From assembly GCA_019704295.1 (NCBI GenBank), contig AP024596.1, positions 1,056,001-1,120,000 on the forward strand: a stretch of 64,000 bases of DNA, given 5' to 3'. A program made the translations under genes and the position numbers. The DNA comes from Sulfolobales archaeon HS-7. Lineage in GTDB: Archaea; Thermoproteota; Thermoprotei_A; Sulfolobales; Sulfolobaceae. Below are positions 33,945 to 44,211 of the stretch, piece after piece. The stretch's first letter is position 1. Each line of letters starts with the position of its first letter. The notes under the pieces are model-generated. The model searched no databases and was not told where the DNA came from. It saw only the letters and a list, made by a program, of their open reading frames with translations.

Positions 33945-35012
33945 ATGAAGGCCGCAGTTATAAGAAACTACAACGGGGAAATTTCAGTTCAGGACGTCGA
34001 AGTAGAACGTCCAAGACGAGGAGAGGTTATGTTGAAGATCATAGCGACAGGACTTTGTCACTCCGACTTAAGTGCATATGAGGGTAAGATCCCCGTTCCG
34101 ACTCCATTCGTTGCAGGGCATGAGATATTCGGGGAGATCGTTGATATTGGCGAGGGAGTGACGAACTTCTCCGTTGGGGACAGAGTGATCATGGCGTTCA
34201 TTAAACCTTGCGGAAAATGCGAATACTGCGTAAAAGGGCAGGAAAATCTCTGCGAGAACTACGGTAAGAACGTATTGAGGGGTAAAATGTTAGACGGGAC
34301 GACTAGGCTTAGATTAAGGGGAGCGGAATTGAATATTCTGGGCGGTGGGGGGTTTTCTGAATACGCGGTTATAGAGGAAACTGGTCTAGCGAAAGTGCCA
34401 AATGAGATTTCAGATGAGAGTATTGCGGTGTTAGGATGTGCAGGATTAACGGGATATGGAGCGGTTAATAACGCCATGCCGATCTTCGGTAAACGCGTGA
34501 TGGTAATCGGAGTTGGAGGCGTAGGAATGTCCGTAATACAATGGGCGAAAATAGCAGGAGCTAGGGAAATAATAGCAGTGGATATATCAGATGAGAAACT
34601 TAAAAACGCAAGGGAATTGGGAGCTAAAATTATAAACTCTAACATTACGTCAAAAGAGCAAGTCGAAAACGAGAGTCCCGACGTTGTTATAGAGGTAGCA
34701 GGTACTACTAAAACTGAGGAAATGGCGGTAAATGTTGTCAAAAAGGGGGGAAAAGTCGTGTTTGTTGGGCTTCCAAACGTCAATGAGGCAGTAAGGATTT
34801 ACGGTGCAAGTGTAGTCAGAAAGGGTATTACGATCACGGGCAGTTACGGTGGAAGACCTAGGATTGACTTGCCCGCTATGATGGAATATGTGAAAAAAGG
34901 AATTTTTAGACCAGATCTGTTAGTGTCTAAAAGGTATTCTCTTGAAGAGCTTCCACGAGCATTACGTGATTTGGCGGAGGGAAGAATAGTAAGGGGTCTA
35001 ATTAACCCCTGA
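33945..35012 (+). CDS. Zn-dependent alcohol dehydrogenase, succinic-semialdehyde-reductase-like
   Basis: CHSD, GHE, CGKCEYC..C, GCAGLTGYG, GVGGVG and YGGRPR motifs. Confidence 0.9.
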   Translation: MKAAVIRNYNGEISVQDVEVERPRRGEVMLKIIATGLCHSDLSAYEGKIPVPTPFVAGHEIFGEIVDIGEGVTNFSVGDRVIMAFIKPCGKCEYCVKGQENLCENYGKNVLRGKMLDGTTRLRLRGAELNILGGGGFSEYAVIEETGLAKVPNEISDESIAVLGCAGLTGYGAVNNAMPIFGKRVMVIGVGGVGMSVIQWAKIAGAREIIAVDISDEKLKNARELGAKIINSNITSKEQVENESPDVVIEVAGTTKTEEMAVNVVKKGGKVVFVGLPNVNEAVRIYGASVVRKGITITGSYGGRPRIDLPAMMEYVKKGIFRPDLLVSKRYSLEELPRALRDLAEGRIVRGLINP

Positions 35013-35029
35013 TTTTGCCACCATAAAAC

Positions 35030-35255
35030 AATATCTTCTCGCCAATTTTACTAAAAACTACGCAATTACAAAATTCGAGAAAATTCGCATAAAAGAATGC
35101 AAACTAGTTTAATTTTTGTTGAGGTAGGGAAAGGATCGGCTCTTATATCAAGAGATTAGCACGTGACTAAGTTTTTACGCTATTGTAATACCATATGTAG
35201 TATTGAGTGGAAGAGGGCGTTAATGCTTAGCAAGGAAGTTCTTAACTCTTGTGCA
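35030..35255 (+). mobile_element. Relic of an ISH3-like left end
   Basis: TCGCCAATTTTACTAAAAA and the following sequence align with 28568-28790. Confidence 0.7.
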
Positions 35256-35317
35256 ACGCTAATAGTAGAAGTGGGGGGAGTTGCTTACTAGTAAATTAGT
35301 ATCGGGGGACGTTTAGG

Positions 35318-36346
35318 TCATTCCTCAAGTCCGAGCTCTCTCAATATCTCCTCTGTGTTCTCCCCTACTGAAGGTATTTGTTCATTTGATGTGGAGGAAA
35401 TCGGAAACGGAGGCAAGATATAATCCTTGAGTTTTTCCCAATTGACGTTTAACTTAAGCAATGACGGAATATCGTTATACGGTACAGCAGGTATGCCGTT
35501 CTTGAGCAGGATTTCTATTATTTCCTGCGTAGAGTATTCTGAAAATCTTTTCTGTAAAACGGCATGAAGTTCTTCTCTGTCATGTACCCTTTTCTTATTT
35601 GTGTTCCACTTCTCTTCATTTATCCCCAATATCCGACTCAGTTTTTCCCATTTTTCGTTATTGTTTACCGCCAGGTAGAACTTCTTTCCGTCCTTTCCCT
35701 CAAAAAGTTCATATGGCGCCCAAAATGGTAAGGCATCTCCCTTAGAGGGAAAGAGTTCTCCGAGCTTCTGATATGCTAGTATGTAATATCCCAGCCAATA
35801 CATTGCCGATTCAAAGAGGGTGACTTCGTAGTACCCAGGTCTGTTAAAGAGCAACGCATTAAGTACAGTTATTGTAGCATAGAGGGCAGTTGTCATATCG
35901 GTAATTGATGCTGGAAGTCTAGAATTCCCGTTACTCCACATAACTCCGCTGATGGCTTCTATCATTGTACCAAAGGCCGGATATTTACTCATATTACTTG
36001 GGAAGCCTTTTACTGAACAGTAAATTAAGTTGGGGTTTACCTCAGAGAGTTTTTTGTACTCCAATCCCAACCTTTCCATCGCTCCCGGTGACAAGTTTTC
36101 AATAACAACATTAGTTGTTTTTATTAACTCTATGAAAATTTTCTTATCATCCTCTTTCTTTAAATCCAGTACTATTGACTTCTTCCCCCTATTAATGAAG
36201 GAGAAAATCGTGTCGTCCATAACATCGTCTTTCCTTAAGGGATCTCCTCCGGGGGGTTCAACCTTGACAACTTCAAATCCTAACCTTTGTAATACGTATC
36301 CAGCGTAAGGTCCAGCTATGACAGAACCGACTTCAACTACTCTCAT
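35318..36346 (-). CDS. CaiB/BaiF (family III) CoA transferase
   Basis: IAGPYA, VKVEPP.GD, NRGKKSIVLDLK, EN..PG, and a C-terminal GENTEEIL.ELG. Confidence 0.92.
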   Translation of the reverse strand: MRVVEVGSVIAGPYAGYVLQRLGFEVVKVEPPGGDPLRKDDVMDDTIFSFINRGKKSIVLDLKKEDDKKIFIELIKTTNVVIENLSPGAMERLGLEYKKLSEVNPNLIYCSVKGFPSNMSKYPAFGTMIEAISGVMWSNGNSRLPASITDMTTALYATITVLNALLFNRPGYYEVTLFESAMYWLGYYILAYQKLGELFPSKGDALPFWAPYELFEGKDGKKFYLAVNNNEKWEKLSRILGINEEKWNTNKKRVHDREELHAVLQKRFSEYSTQEIIEILLKNGIPAVPYNDIPSLLKLNVNWEKLKDYILPPFPISSTSNEQIPSVGENTEEILRELGLEE

Positions 36347-37880
36347 TTAATTCCCTCCTAATGAGCTCCCTAAGTTCCTTTCTCCTAATCTTTCCAGTTA
36401 CCGTAGTTGGCAACGTATCTACGAACTTAACTATTCTAGGATAAGCGTAATAAGCTAGTTTTCCCTTAACGTGATTCTTTATCGAGTTCTCGAGTTCTAG
36501 GGACGGGTCATATCCTTCTTTTAAAACGACGAACGCGGCTATTATAACCCCCCTTAAGGGATCTTCAACGCCTACTACGCTGCACGTCTTAACTGCGGGG
36601 TGAGAAGAGATCACAGATTCAACTTCTATAGGGCTTATCCTGTAACCAGAGGATTTTATTATGTCGTCATTTCTTCCAAGGAAGGAGATGTAGCCGTCGT
36701 TACTTAATTCCCCAATATCTCCTGTAAATACCCATCCATTCCTCATTTTACTTGACGTTTCCTCAGGTTTCTTGAAGTATCCTATCATAGCTGATGGGTC
36801 TGGAAGCTTTACAACTATTTCACCTGAACGGGAGGGATTACCATTCTCCATAATTGAGACGAAGTGACCGGGGCAGGGCCTCCCTAAATATCCAGGCTTA
36901 TACACACCTAACGAAATCGAACTACATATGACCAAATTGACCTCTGTCTGACCGTATATCTGATTAAGATGAAAACCCCTTTTCATTGACCACTCTACTA
37001 AGTCTGGAGTAACTGGTTCGCCACCGCTCATTACAGCCCTTAAGGGCAATTCCGCCTTACTCAACTCCTCTTCGCCCCTTAACATTCTGACCACTGTCGG
37101 TACTAGGAATGCCCTATCCACCTTATGTTTTTGAATTACATGTATCAAGTCCATAACGTCAAGTCTTCCCTTTCTCGAATACACTACAACTGTTCTGCCG
37201 TAGTATAGTGTGCTTAATAGAAGGTCTCCTAGACCTCCTATCCAGGCCCATTCCGAGGGGGTAATGAACTTTCTACCGTCAAATTCATAAGCGATCTGCC
37301 AGGCTGGTAAATGTCCTAGTATCCAACTCCTCGGCAGCAGAACCCCTTTCGGTTCGCCCGTAGTACCAGACGTGTAGAATAATTGAGTTGGAGTAGTTGG
37401 TTCCGGTGAAAACGTCTCAAAATTTGCAGTCGACTCATTAACCTCTGTAATTACTGGAATGTTGACGTTTGCGTCCTTAAGTTTTCTTTTTCCATCGTCG
37501 TCAGTTATTACCACTTTAGCTTCGCTATGCTTTAGTCTGTAGGTTAAAGCGTCAGTTCCGAATAGGGTAGAAAGGGAGAGAGCAACTCCCCCTAACTTAT
37601 ACACCCCTAAGATTCCAATTGGTAGCATTGGAGATTGGGGAAGCAAAACGCCCACTACATCCCCTTTTTTCACACCTAGATCTTGAAGGATTTTTGCAAC
37701 ACCATTGCTCTTGACCCTGAGTTCTGAATACTGGACCTCTTTATCATCATCGATCAGGGCTACGCCTTCGTTATTATCGATCACTTTAACTGGATCGTGA
37801 AAGCTCCACCTGAAATTAGAGGATATTTCGTCAAAGGAATTACCAAATTTCCTTAAATCTATTTTCTCCTCTTCGTTCAT
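36333..37880 (-). CDS. AMP-forming acyl-CoA synthetase
   Basis: YTSGTTGEPKG, YGQTE, TGD, GRNDD and LPTTVTGK motifs. Confidence 0.93.
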   Translation of the reverse strand: MNEEEKIDLRKFGNSFDEISSNFRWSFHDPVKVIDNNEGVALIDDDKEVQYSELRVKSNGVAKILQDLGVKKGDVVGVLLPQSPMLPIGILGVYKLGGVALSLSTLFGTDALTYRLKHSEAKVVITDDDGKRKLKDANVNIPVITEVNESTANFETFSPEPTTPTQLFYTSGTTGEPKGVLLPRSWILGHLPAWQIAYEFDGRKFITPSEWAWIGGLGDLLLSTLYYGRTVVVYSRKGRLDVMDLIHVIQKHKVDRAFLVPTVVRMLRGEEELSKAELPLRAVMSGGEPVTPDLVEWSMKRGFHLNQIYGQTEVNLVICSSISLGVYKPGYLGRPCPGHFVSIMENGNPSRSGEIVVKLPDPSAMIGYFKKPEETSSKMRNGWVFTGDIGELSNDGYISFLGRNDDIIKSSGYRISPIEVESVISSHPAVKTCSVVGVEDPLRGVIIAAFVVLKEGYDPSLELENSIKNHVKGKLAYYAYPRIVKFVDTLPTTVTGKIRRKELRELIRRELNESS

Positions 37881-38272
37881 CAAACTCCAGTTTATAAATA
37901 ACGATATAAATGTTTAATCTAGTTCTATAAAGGATAAACGTTTTCAAATTAAATAAATAGTAAGTTGTGAGATACCATTTTACTGTGGTTAAGGTAGAAC
38001 TCATGTGAGGAGTCCTTGTATGAGAATTACGTGTTTACAGTGCCTATATTAATGACGATTGCAAGGAGTAGACGTATTGATACGTTGAACAGTTCGAGGT
38101 ATCATCGTTGAGAAGCCCTTTAGGGAAGGTGAGAAATAAGGTATTCCTGAAGTAATATCATTAACGTTTCCCTCGCCTATAGAGGAGTGAGTTTGTGGTA
38201 ACGAACATTCTAATAGTTTACTTACGTAAAACTCTTAAAAACCACATGAAGATATAACCAATAATCATACCG

Positions 38273-39220
38273 TTATTCGAAGAAAATTTTCACATTTCTC
38301 TCGTAAGGCTCTCTCTTAAAACGTTCCAACGCCTCTGCAAAGTCGTTATTTAGCTCAGATAGACGTTTCACAGTGCCGTTAGTAACCACGAGCGGATCTA
38401 CGTATCTTTTTTTGATTCTTAATTTTACCTCACCGTTATCTTCTACTCGTATCTTTCTATTTAATAACTGGATTTTCTCTTTGAATTCTTCTATACCCAT
38501 AACCTTGTCCATAACTTGTTCCTCGGTTGCGAAGAGATCCTCCGTTGACAAAATCCCGCTATCTAGGGCCTGTTTAATAATTCCAGCGAAGATATACCTT
38601 CTGGCGGTTTCCTCCCAATTTCCCCAGACTTTCCTTTGCATTTCTAAGTATTTGTTAGCGAATTCCAGAGCATCGCTCTCATCATAGAACGCCATATATC
38701 CGTTATGATTGATTATTTTATCCCAATTCGCCTCTTCTCCGCGCAAAATTATTTCCCTGTAAAGGTGGTCTGCTCTATCAGCACACAGATTAGGGATCTC
38801 TAGGTCCACTAACGGAAAACGAGATAAGTCGGAAATCTTTTCAGGGTCAAAGCCGTAATTTCTCAGGACTTGACCTGCATCTGAGTTCGATAGAAATTGA
38901 GCATGTATCGAATCCTGAAAGTTCTGAGTTGAATAGTCCCCGAAAATCATGTCCATTGTATGGGAAAATGCCATATGTGATACGTCATGTAGGAGACCTG
39001 CTATCTGTTCCTCTAGTTCTCCACCGAGTTTTCTCACCAGTATAAACACACCTATCGAATGTTCATATCTTGTAAAATAGGTTTGATTATCTAAGAGAAT
39101 TTTAGGCAGACCTTGTTGAGAAATATGTTTTAGTCGCTGGACCGTTTTAGAATTTAATAAGTCAATTATAACATTTTCATCTACGTTCACACTTCCGTAA
39201 ACGTAATCTGTAAGAAGCAT
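38273..39220 (-). CDS. HD-domain phosphohydrolase
   Basis: QRLKHISQ, RYEHSIG, LLHDVSH..FSH and CADR. The probable start is the ATG at 39220. Confidence 0.9.
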   Translation of the reverse strand: MLLTDYVYGSVNVDENVIIDLLNSKTVQRLKHISQQGLPKILLDNQTYFTRYEHSIGVFILVRKLGGELEEQIAGLLHDVSHMAFSHTMDMIFGDYSTQNFQDSIHAQFLSNSDAGQVLRNYGFDPEKISDLSRFPLVDLEIPNLCADRADHLYREIILRGEEANWDKIINHNGYMAFYDESDALEFANKYLEMQRKVWGNWEETARRYIFAGIIKQALDSGILSTEDLFATEEQVMDKVMGIEEFKEKIQLLNRKIRVEDNGEVKLRIKKRYVDPLVVTNGTVKRLSELNNDFAEALERFKREPYERNVKIFFE

Positions 39221-39250
39221 GAAAGGATTAGCAAACATAGGAAAAAAAGG

Positions 39251-40642
39251 CTACTGGGTTTCCTCCATATATATTTTATCTTCAGAGACGTCCTCTAAAC
39301 TCTTTAACTTAGGTTCCTTTATGGTAAATATTGTGAGTATCGCGCCAATTACGCTCACCGCTGCAAGCATTTCCATTATCCCCTTAATCCCTATATCGCT
39401 TTTGAGAAGTGGAAAGAGATAAGTTGTAATAGCCGCTCCAGTCTTGCCTGCAGCTGCAGATATTCCATGACCTGTGGTTCTCTTCGACGTCGGGTAAACC
39501 TCAGCCGGAATAATGAAAGTTGTTGTATTAGGCCCGAAGTCTATGAATAAGTAGGAGAGTGCAAAAAGTCCGAAAGCGCCATAAGCTGGTATTAGGAAGC
39601 CCGTTATATTCGTTCCGCTTGTTACCATTACTAGCGCAATTAAGAAGTAGAGTACTCCCATACCAATGAAACCTTGAATTTGAATTAATCTCCTTCCTAA
39701 GGAATCCATTAACGCCACTGCGGTAAAGTATCCTATGAATCCTACGGCATATGGTATTCCCGAATCTAGAATTAAATTTCCCACTGCTGTCGGTTTACCT
39801 AAAATTGAACTTATTATTACACCTTGATAAATTCCAGTTCCGTAAAAGGCTATGTCAAGAATAAACCAAGTCCCAGCAGTTCCCAACAACAATAACCCGT
39901 ATTTGCTCAGGAAGTCCCTTAACCCTACCTTTCCTAATTTCACATCCGTTTCATTCTTATTTCCGTTAGTTGCGATGAATTTCCTAGCCTTTTCCACCTC
40001 AATCTTATTGCCCTCTAACGCAGCATATCTGGGAGTTTCTGGAACCTTTCTCCTTAGGTAAATAACGCTTGCTGCAGGTATTGCCCCGATTAACGCCATA
40101 ACCCTCCAGGCTATATCTGGCGGGAGGGAGAAGGCGGACAACGCTCCTACTGCCACTGCTACTAAGCTTCCGAACCCTTGATTTGCAAATACGAGCGCTA
40201 TCAGTTTTCCTCTATCCTTGACATTGGCGTATTCACTCATTATCGTAGCTGATATGGGGTAATCACCACCTATTCCAAATCCTAAAAGAGTTCTGAATCC
40301 TATTAACCACCATATGTTGGGGGAAAATGCCGAAAGTAATGCTCCCGCGGTTAAAATGGCAGCTTCACTTCCGTAAACTTTTTTCCTGCCTATTCTATCT
40401 CCTAGGAATCCAAAGAAAAGTTGCCCTATAACAGCGGAAATCAGTGCTGAGGAAGTGAGAAGTCCCTCGGTAACGGCATTAAGTGTGAATCCCTTCAGGT
40501 TATAAGCAGTGAAAATATCTAATATAGCTGATATTATTAAAAGGTCATATGCGTCCGTGAAGAAACCCATCCCAGACGTATACCAAACTTTTATGTGGTT
40601 AAAGCTTAACTTACTTTTGTCTAAATCCTCAAATCCCTTCAT
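39251..40642 (-). CDS. MFS phosphate:H+ symporter (Pho84-like)
   Basis: GFFTDAYD, GIGGDYPISA, DIAFYG, FGPNTTTF and GHGISAAAGK motifs. Confidence 0.88.
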   Translation of the reverse strand: MKGFEDLDKSKLSFNHIKVWYTSGMGFFTDAYDLLIISAILDIFTAYNLKGFTLNAVTEGLLTSSALISAVIGQLFFGFLGDRIGRKKVYGSEAAILTAGALLSAFSPNIWWLIGFRTLLGFGIGGDYPISATIMSEYANVKDRGKLIALVFANQGFGSLVAVAVGALSAFSLPPDIAWRVMALIGAIPAASVIYLRRKVPETPRYAALEGNKIEVEKARKFIATNGNKNETDVKLGKVGLRDFLSKYGLLLLGTAGTWFILDIAFYGTGIYQGVIISSILGKPTAVGNLILDSGIPYAVGFIGYFTAVALMDSLGRRLIQIQGFIGMGVLYFLIALVMVTSGTNITGFLIPAYGAFGLFALSYLFIDFGPNTTTFIIPAEVYPTSKRTTGHGISAAAGKTGAAITTYLFPLLKSDIGIKGIMEMLAAVSVIGAILTIFTIKEPKLKSLEDVSEDKIYMEETQ

Positions 40643-40816
40643 GACTTTATCTACGGTTCATTACTCACGGAAGCTAATATGAATCCCCGACGTAATATAT
40701 AGATTATCAATAGTTTATATAGATCTGTTTTTGAAATTGAGTAAGCAAAATAAAGTATGGTTTTAATGCTTAAAAAATTAACCAGCTATGCCGTTTTCGC
40801 GCAGCCTAAGTAGTTA

Positions 40817-40856
40817 CCTTCCGTGGCAAAAACGCGTAACACTAGGGATGAGGATA
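40817..40856 (+). mobile_element. Short relic of an IS110 terminus
   Basis: CCTTCCGTGGCAAAAACGCGTAACACTAG..ATGAGGATA aligns without gaps (about three quarters identical) to the reverse complement of 31070-31109. Confidence 0.55.
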
Positions 40857-41080
40857 GCGATCCACTAGAAGGTTTTGGTCTATAGAGTTTCAAGTCATTT
40901 AATATTTAGAGCGCCAAGATTTACGACGTTAATGTAGGCAATGTTCTGGACTCGCTGTTCGCTTAGTTATGTTAGAGGCGAAGCGTATAGTCTCTCAAGA
41001 ATGTATTATTGGTATCTTTCAACCGCTTTCCAAAAAATATATTCCAAAAACTCTCTTAGAGCTTTCAATAATAAAATACT

Positions 41081-41998
41081 TCATGCTCTCCTTATGCTAA
41101 TTGGGATCTGAATTCCGTTAGAGAGCCTGATTACCCCAGAATAGACGTTCCCAGGAGAAATCGCTTGAGACGGATCAAATTTTATCGTTAAGAAGTTCCT
41201 CCCTGGGTAAATTACGTTAGGTTGAAAACTTATTACGGTTAAACCATTAATATCTATCGTAAATATCGAGTAAACACCATTTGAGTAAAGTGCTAAATAA
41301 CCTTCACCGTTTTCTGAGATTGTCCCATTCCCTAGCTGATATACAGGTGTCTGCTGCATAGGAGTTGGCGGTTGATAGTAATAGGGTTGAGTAGTAGGCT
41401 GTGGGGTAGCAAGTGGACTTAGCTTCCTTCCAAGAGCTATGTACGAAATAAATAGACCTGTGAACCATATGAAAGGAATTGCTGTTAAAACACCTCCTAT
41501 AGTCGCTAACGTGTTGGATCCCGAGTTCCCGATAGCCATAATGCTTTTTCCGATGAGTATGAACCCTATCAAATATAGGATAAAAGTTATTACGTAAACG
41601 AAAATTCCTATTACTATGAACATACCTAATCCACCAATTATTCCAAGTATCCCTCCTATAAGAACGAGGGTCATTCCTGTAGGGGAGAACCCCCTATCCG
41701 GAAAACTACTCTTTAAGTTATTTAAAGATCCGTGACCTTGTGAGTAACCTAGATAGTTAAATACAGCAATGATTATAGATGATATAGTTGAAACTACCCC
41801 CACGATTGTTAAAAGGGATACGATGTCTCCTAGTGTAGCAGCCGGGTTAACCGAAGAAGAGACTAGATTCTCTATTTCCACAGCAACACTGCCAAGGTAT
41901 GAGAACGTAAAAATAGTAACTGCGAAAGTTATCAACGAACTTATCCCGAGGTAAAGCAGTGACAGCCTTAGTTTATTTATTTCCGACTCTTGTCCCAT
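41081..41998 (-). CDS. DUF973-family membrane protein
   Basis: TM-rich N-terminus, Q/P-rich linker and a C-terminal YQLGNGTI..NG Ig-like segment. Confidence 0.8.
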   Translation of the reverse strand: MGQESEINKLRLSLLYLGISSLITFAVTIFTFSYLGSVAVEIENLVSSSVNPAATLGDIVSLLTIVGVVSTISSIIIAVFNYLGYSQGHGSLNNLKSSFPDRGFSPTGMTLVLIGGILGIIGGLGMFIVIGIFVYVITFILYLIGFILIGKSIMAIGNSGSNTLATIGGVLTAIPFIWFTGLFISYIALGRKLSPLATPQPTTQPYYYQPPTPMQQTPVYQLGNGTISENGEGYLALYSNGVYSIFTIDINGLTVISFQPNVIYPGRNFLTIKFDPSQAISPGNVYSGVIRLSNGIQIPISIRRA

Positions 41999-42063
41999 GA
42001 GTTCTTCATAACCGAATTAAATTTAACGCTATTCATAATAAATTCGAAACGACTTCCCCCAAA

Positions 42064-42330
42064 TCAACTGCTCTTTATAGTTCCATCGTCATGTAAATAG
42101 CATATCTTCTGGGTCTCATCAAGCGTAAATATCAATCTGGCTTTATTCCCAAGATTATCAACCATTACCTTTCCAACGCCATCCTCTGTCATAACTATTA
42201 GGTAAGCACCTCCTGTGCATGTTTTGAAAGCCTTTAAGTTCTTAGGATTAATTTGAAAAACGTTTTTCAACACTTCCGCGTAGTCAATTTTCCCTCGGTT
42301 AGTTTCTATGCCCTCTTCGCTTATTTTCAT
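42064..42330 (-). CDS. Hypothetical protein (88 aa)
   Basis: Isolated ATG ORF with an AT-rich TATA-like sequence upstream. Confidence 0.6.
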   Translation of the reverse strand: MKISEEGIETNRGKIDYAEVLKNVFQINPKNLKAFKTCTGGAYLIVMTEDGVGKVMVDNLGNKARLIFTLDETQKICYLHDDGTIKSS

Positions 42331-42702
42331 AACTTTTTTCTAGAATAGGTAGATAAAAGCGTTTTTCTACATTGTCTTCTTAGAGAAAATAGGGAAATCG
42401 ACATTTCTCGAATTCCCATAAATAACGATAACAACGAGGATCAAGATAGTAACGGGCGTTTTAGTTCTACTCTATTGGGATTTTTGCATAGTCTTATGGA
42501 CTCACAAAGTACCTGACTCCAGTTTTGCGAATTCTCCCGTTCTTCTCTCCGTTAAACGACTAAGATGAAAGTACAGAAACGGTTGTGACTTTTAAATTCG
42601 CTTTTTGGGTCGCGATTAATTGTGTACGTGAAATAATTCCACGATTGTTATTCATGGACACCTTGTAAGAGTTTATTATGATATATTTTTCAAAATATAT
42701 CT

Positions 42703-44211
42703 ATGGAACAAGTCATAGGATACACTATCGGAGAGGCTAATGTACTTTATGCTCATGCACTAGTGAGCAAAGCAAGGATGGGTACTTATGTTATTCTCTC
42801 TTACGATGAAGGAGAAGTTCTGGGATTAATTACGTCAGTAGTGCGGGGAAGCAGACTCATAGGAGACGACTTTAGCGATCTGGAGACTTTGGGGAAGATA
42901 AGGGAATTTGATAATGCGAAAACGACCTATATGAAGGCTAATATTAGATTGATTATGGATTTATCAAAGGGAACGACCCCTGATACGCCCCCTCCTCCAG
43001 GGACTCCAGTGAAGCTAGCTGGGGACGACGTGCTACGAAATCTACTTCAAGATTCTAATGACGCTACTATAACTATAGGGAATCTAATCGGGAACGAGGA
43101 CGTACCAGTTAATATTAACATTAGGTACCTGGCAAGCAGGCATTTGGCAATTTTAGCTGCTACAGGTTCCGGCAAATCGAACACCGTAGCCGTACTCTCA
43201 TCAGGAATCGCCGAAATAGGGGGATGCATAGTCATATACGACTATCACGGCGAGTACATTAACAGTGATATAAGGGAAAAACATGTAATACAGCCTTTCA
43301 TAAACCCACTATACTTAACTTCGTCTGAAATTGCAGAGCTTATGAACATAAGGGAGAACGCGACCAATCAGCAAAGAGTCCTGAGGAAGGCAATTAAGAG
43401 TTTACGGGGGAACATCGAGAAGGGAGTAGATAGTAACAGTGAATTCACGCAACTCCTCTCTGATGCAATTGAGGCAAAGGGAGAGAGAAGCGAAAAGGGG
43501 TACGGAGAGGATAAGAAGGCTATTACGGATCTCCTAAATAAGATTGAGGACTTCGAAGACAGGTATGCTTATATATTGCGGTGGGATGCACCCCCAGTTA
43601 CGTCAAATTTGATGCTGGGAAGGGTTAACATCGTTAATCTTGAAGGTTTGGACGATAATGTAATTGATGCGGTCATTTCTCATTATCTGAAGAATATACT
43701 TGAAGCAAGGAAGGCCTACAAACACGGTAGGCAAGGTTTACCCTTTCCCGTAATCAACGTTATAGAGGAAGCACATATATTTCTTTCCAATACTGATAAC
43801 ACCTTAACTAAGTACTGGGCATCACGGATTGCAAAGGAGGGCAGAAAGTTCGGTACTTCTCTAATAATAGTGAGTCAACGTCCTAAAGGGCTGGACCCAG
43901 GAATTTTAAGCCAAATGACAAATAAAATCGTAATGAAAATTGTTGAACCTGAGGATCAGAAATATATAATGTCATCAAGTGACAATCTCAGCGAAGATCT
44001 CATTAATCAGTTGCCGGCTTTAGCTGTGGGACAGGCAATAATAGTAGGTATGATAGTGAGGATCCCAGTCTTGGCGAAAATAAGGAAATTCGAGGGGGTT
44101 CTAGGAGGTGCGGATCCGGACGTAATGGCCGAGTGGAGTAAAGCCAAGGAAAAAGCCGAAGAAAACGAGAGGATAGGAAGGGAAATATCCAATATGGGTG
44201 AGCAATTGTGA
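42703..44211 (+). CDS. herA: HerA helicase/ATPase
   Basis: HAS barrel, RHLAILAATGSGKS, EEAH, AKEGRKFG and SQRP. Confidence 0.96.
   Translation: MEQVIGYTIGEANVLYAHALVSKARMGTYVILSYDEGEVLGLITSVVRGSRLIGDDFSDLETLGKIREFDNAKTTYMKANIRLIMDLSKGTTPDTPPPPGTPVKLAGDDVLRNLLQDSNDATITIGNLIGNEDVPVNINIRYLASRHLAILAATGSGKSNTVAVLSSGIAEIGGCIVIYDYHGEYINSDIREKHVIQPFINPLYLTSSEIAELMNIRENATNQQRVLRKAIKSLRGNIEKGVDSNSEFTQLLSDAIEAKGERSEKGYGEDKKAITDLLNKIEDFEDRYAYILRWDAPPVTSNLMLGRVNIVNLEGLDDNVIDAVISHYLKNILEARKAYKHGRQGLPFPVINVIEEAHIFLSNTDNTLTKYWASRIAKEGRKFGTSLIIVSQRPKGLDPGILSQMTNKIVMKIVEPEDQKYIMSSSDNLSEDLINQLPALAVGQAIIVGMIVRIPVLAKIRKFEGVLGGADPDVMAEWSKAKEKAEENERIGREISNMGEQL

Noticed and set aside
38100-38200. AAGCCCTTTAGGG and CCTCGCC motifs reminiscent of IS605 end hairpins
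   Set aside because: Too short and degenerate to support.
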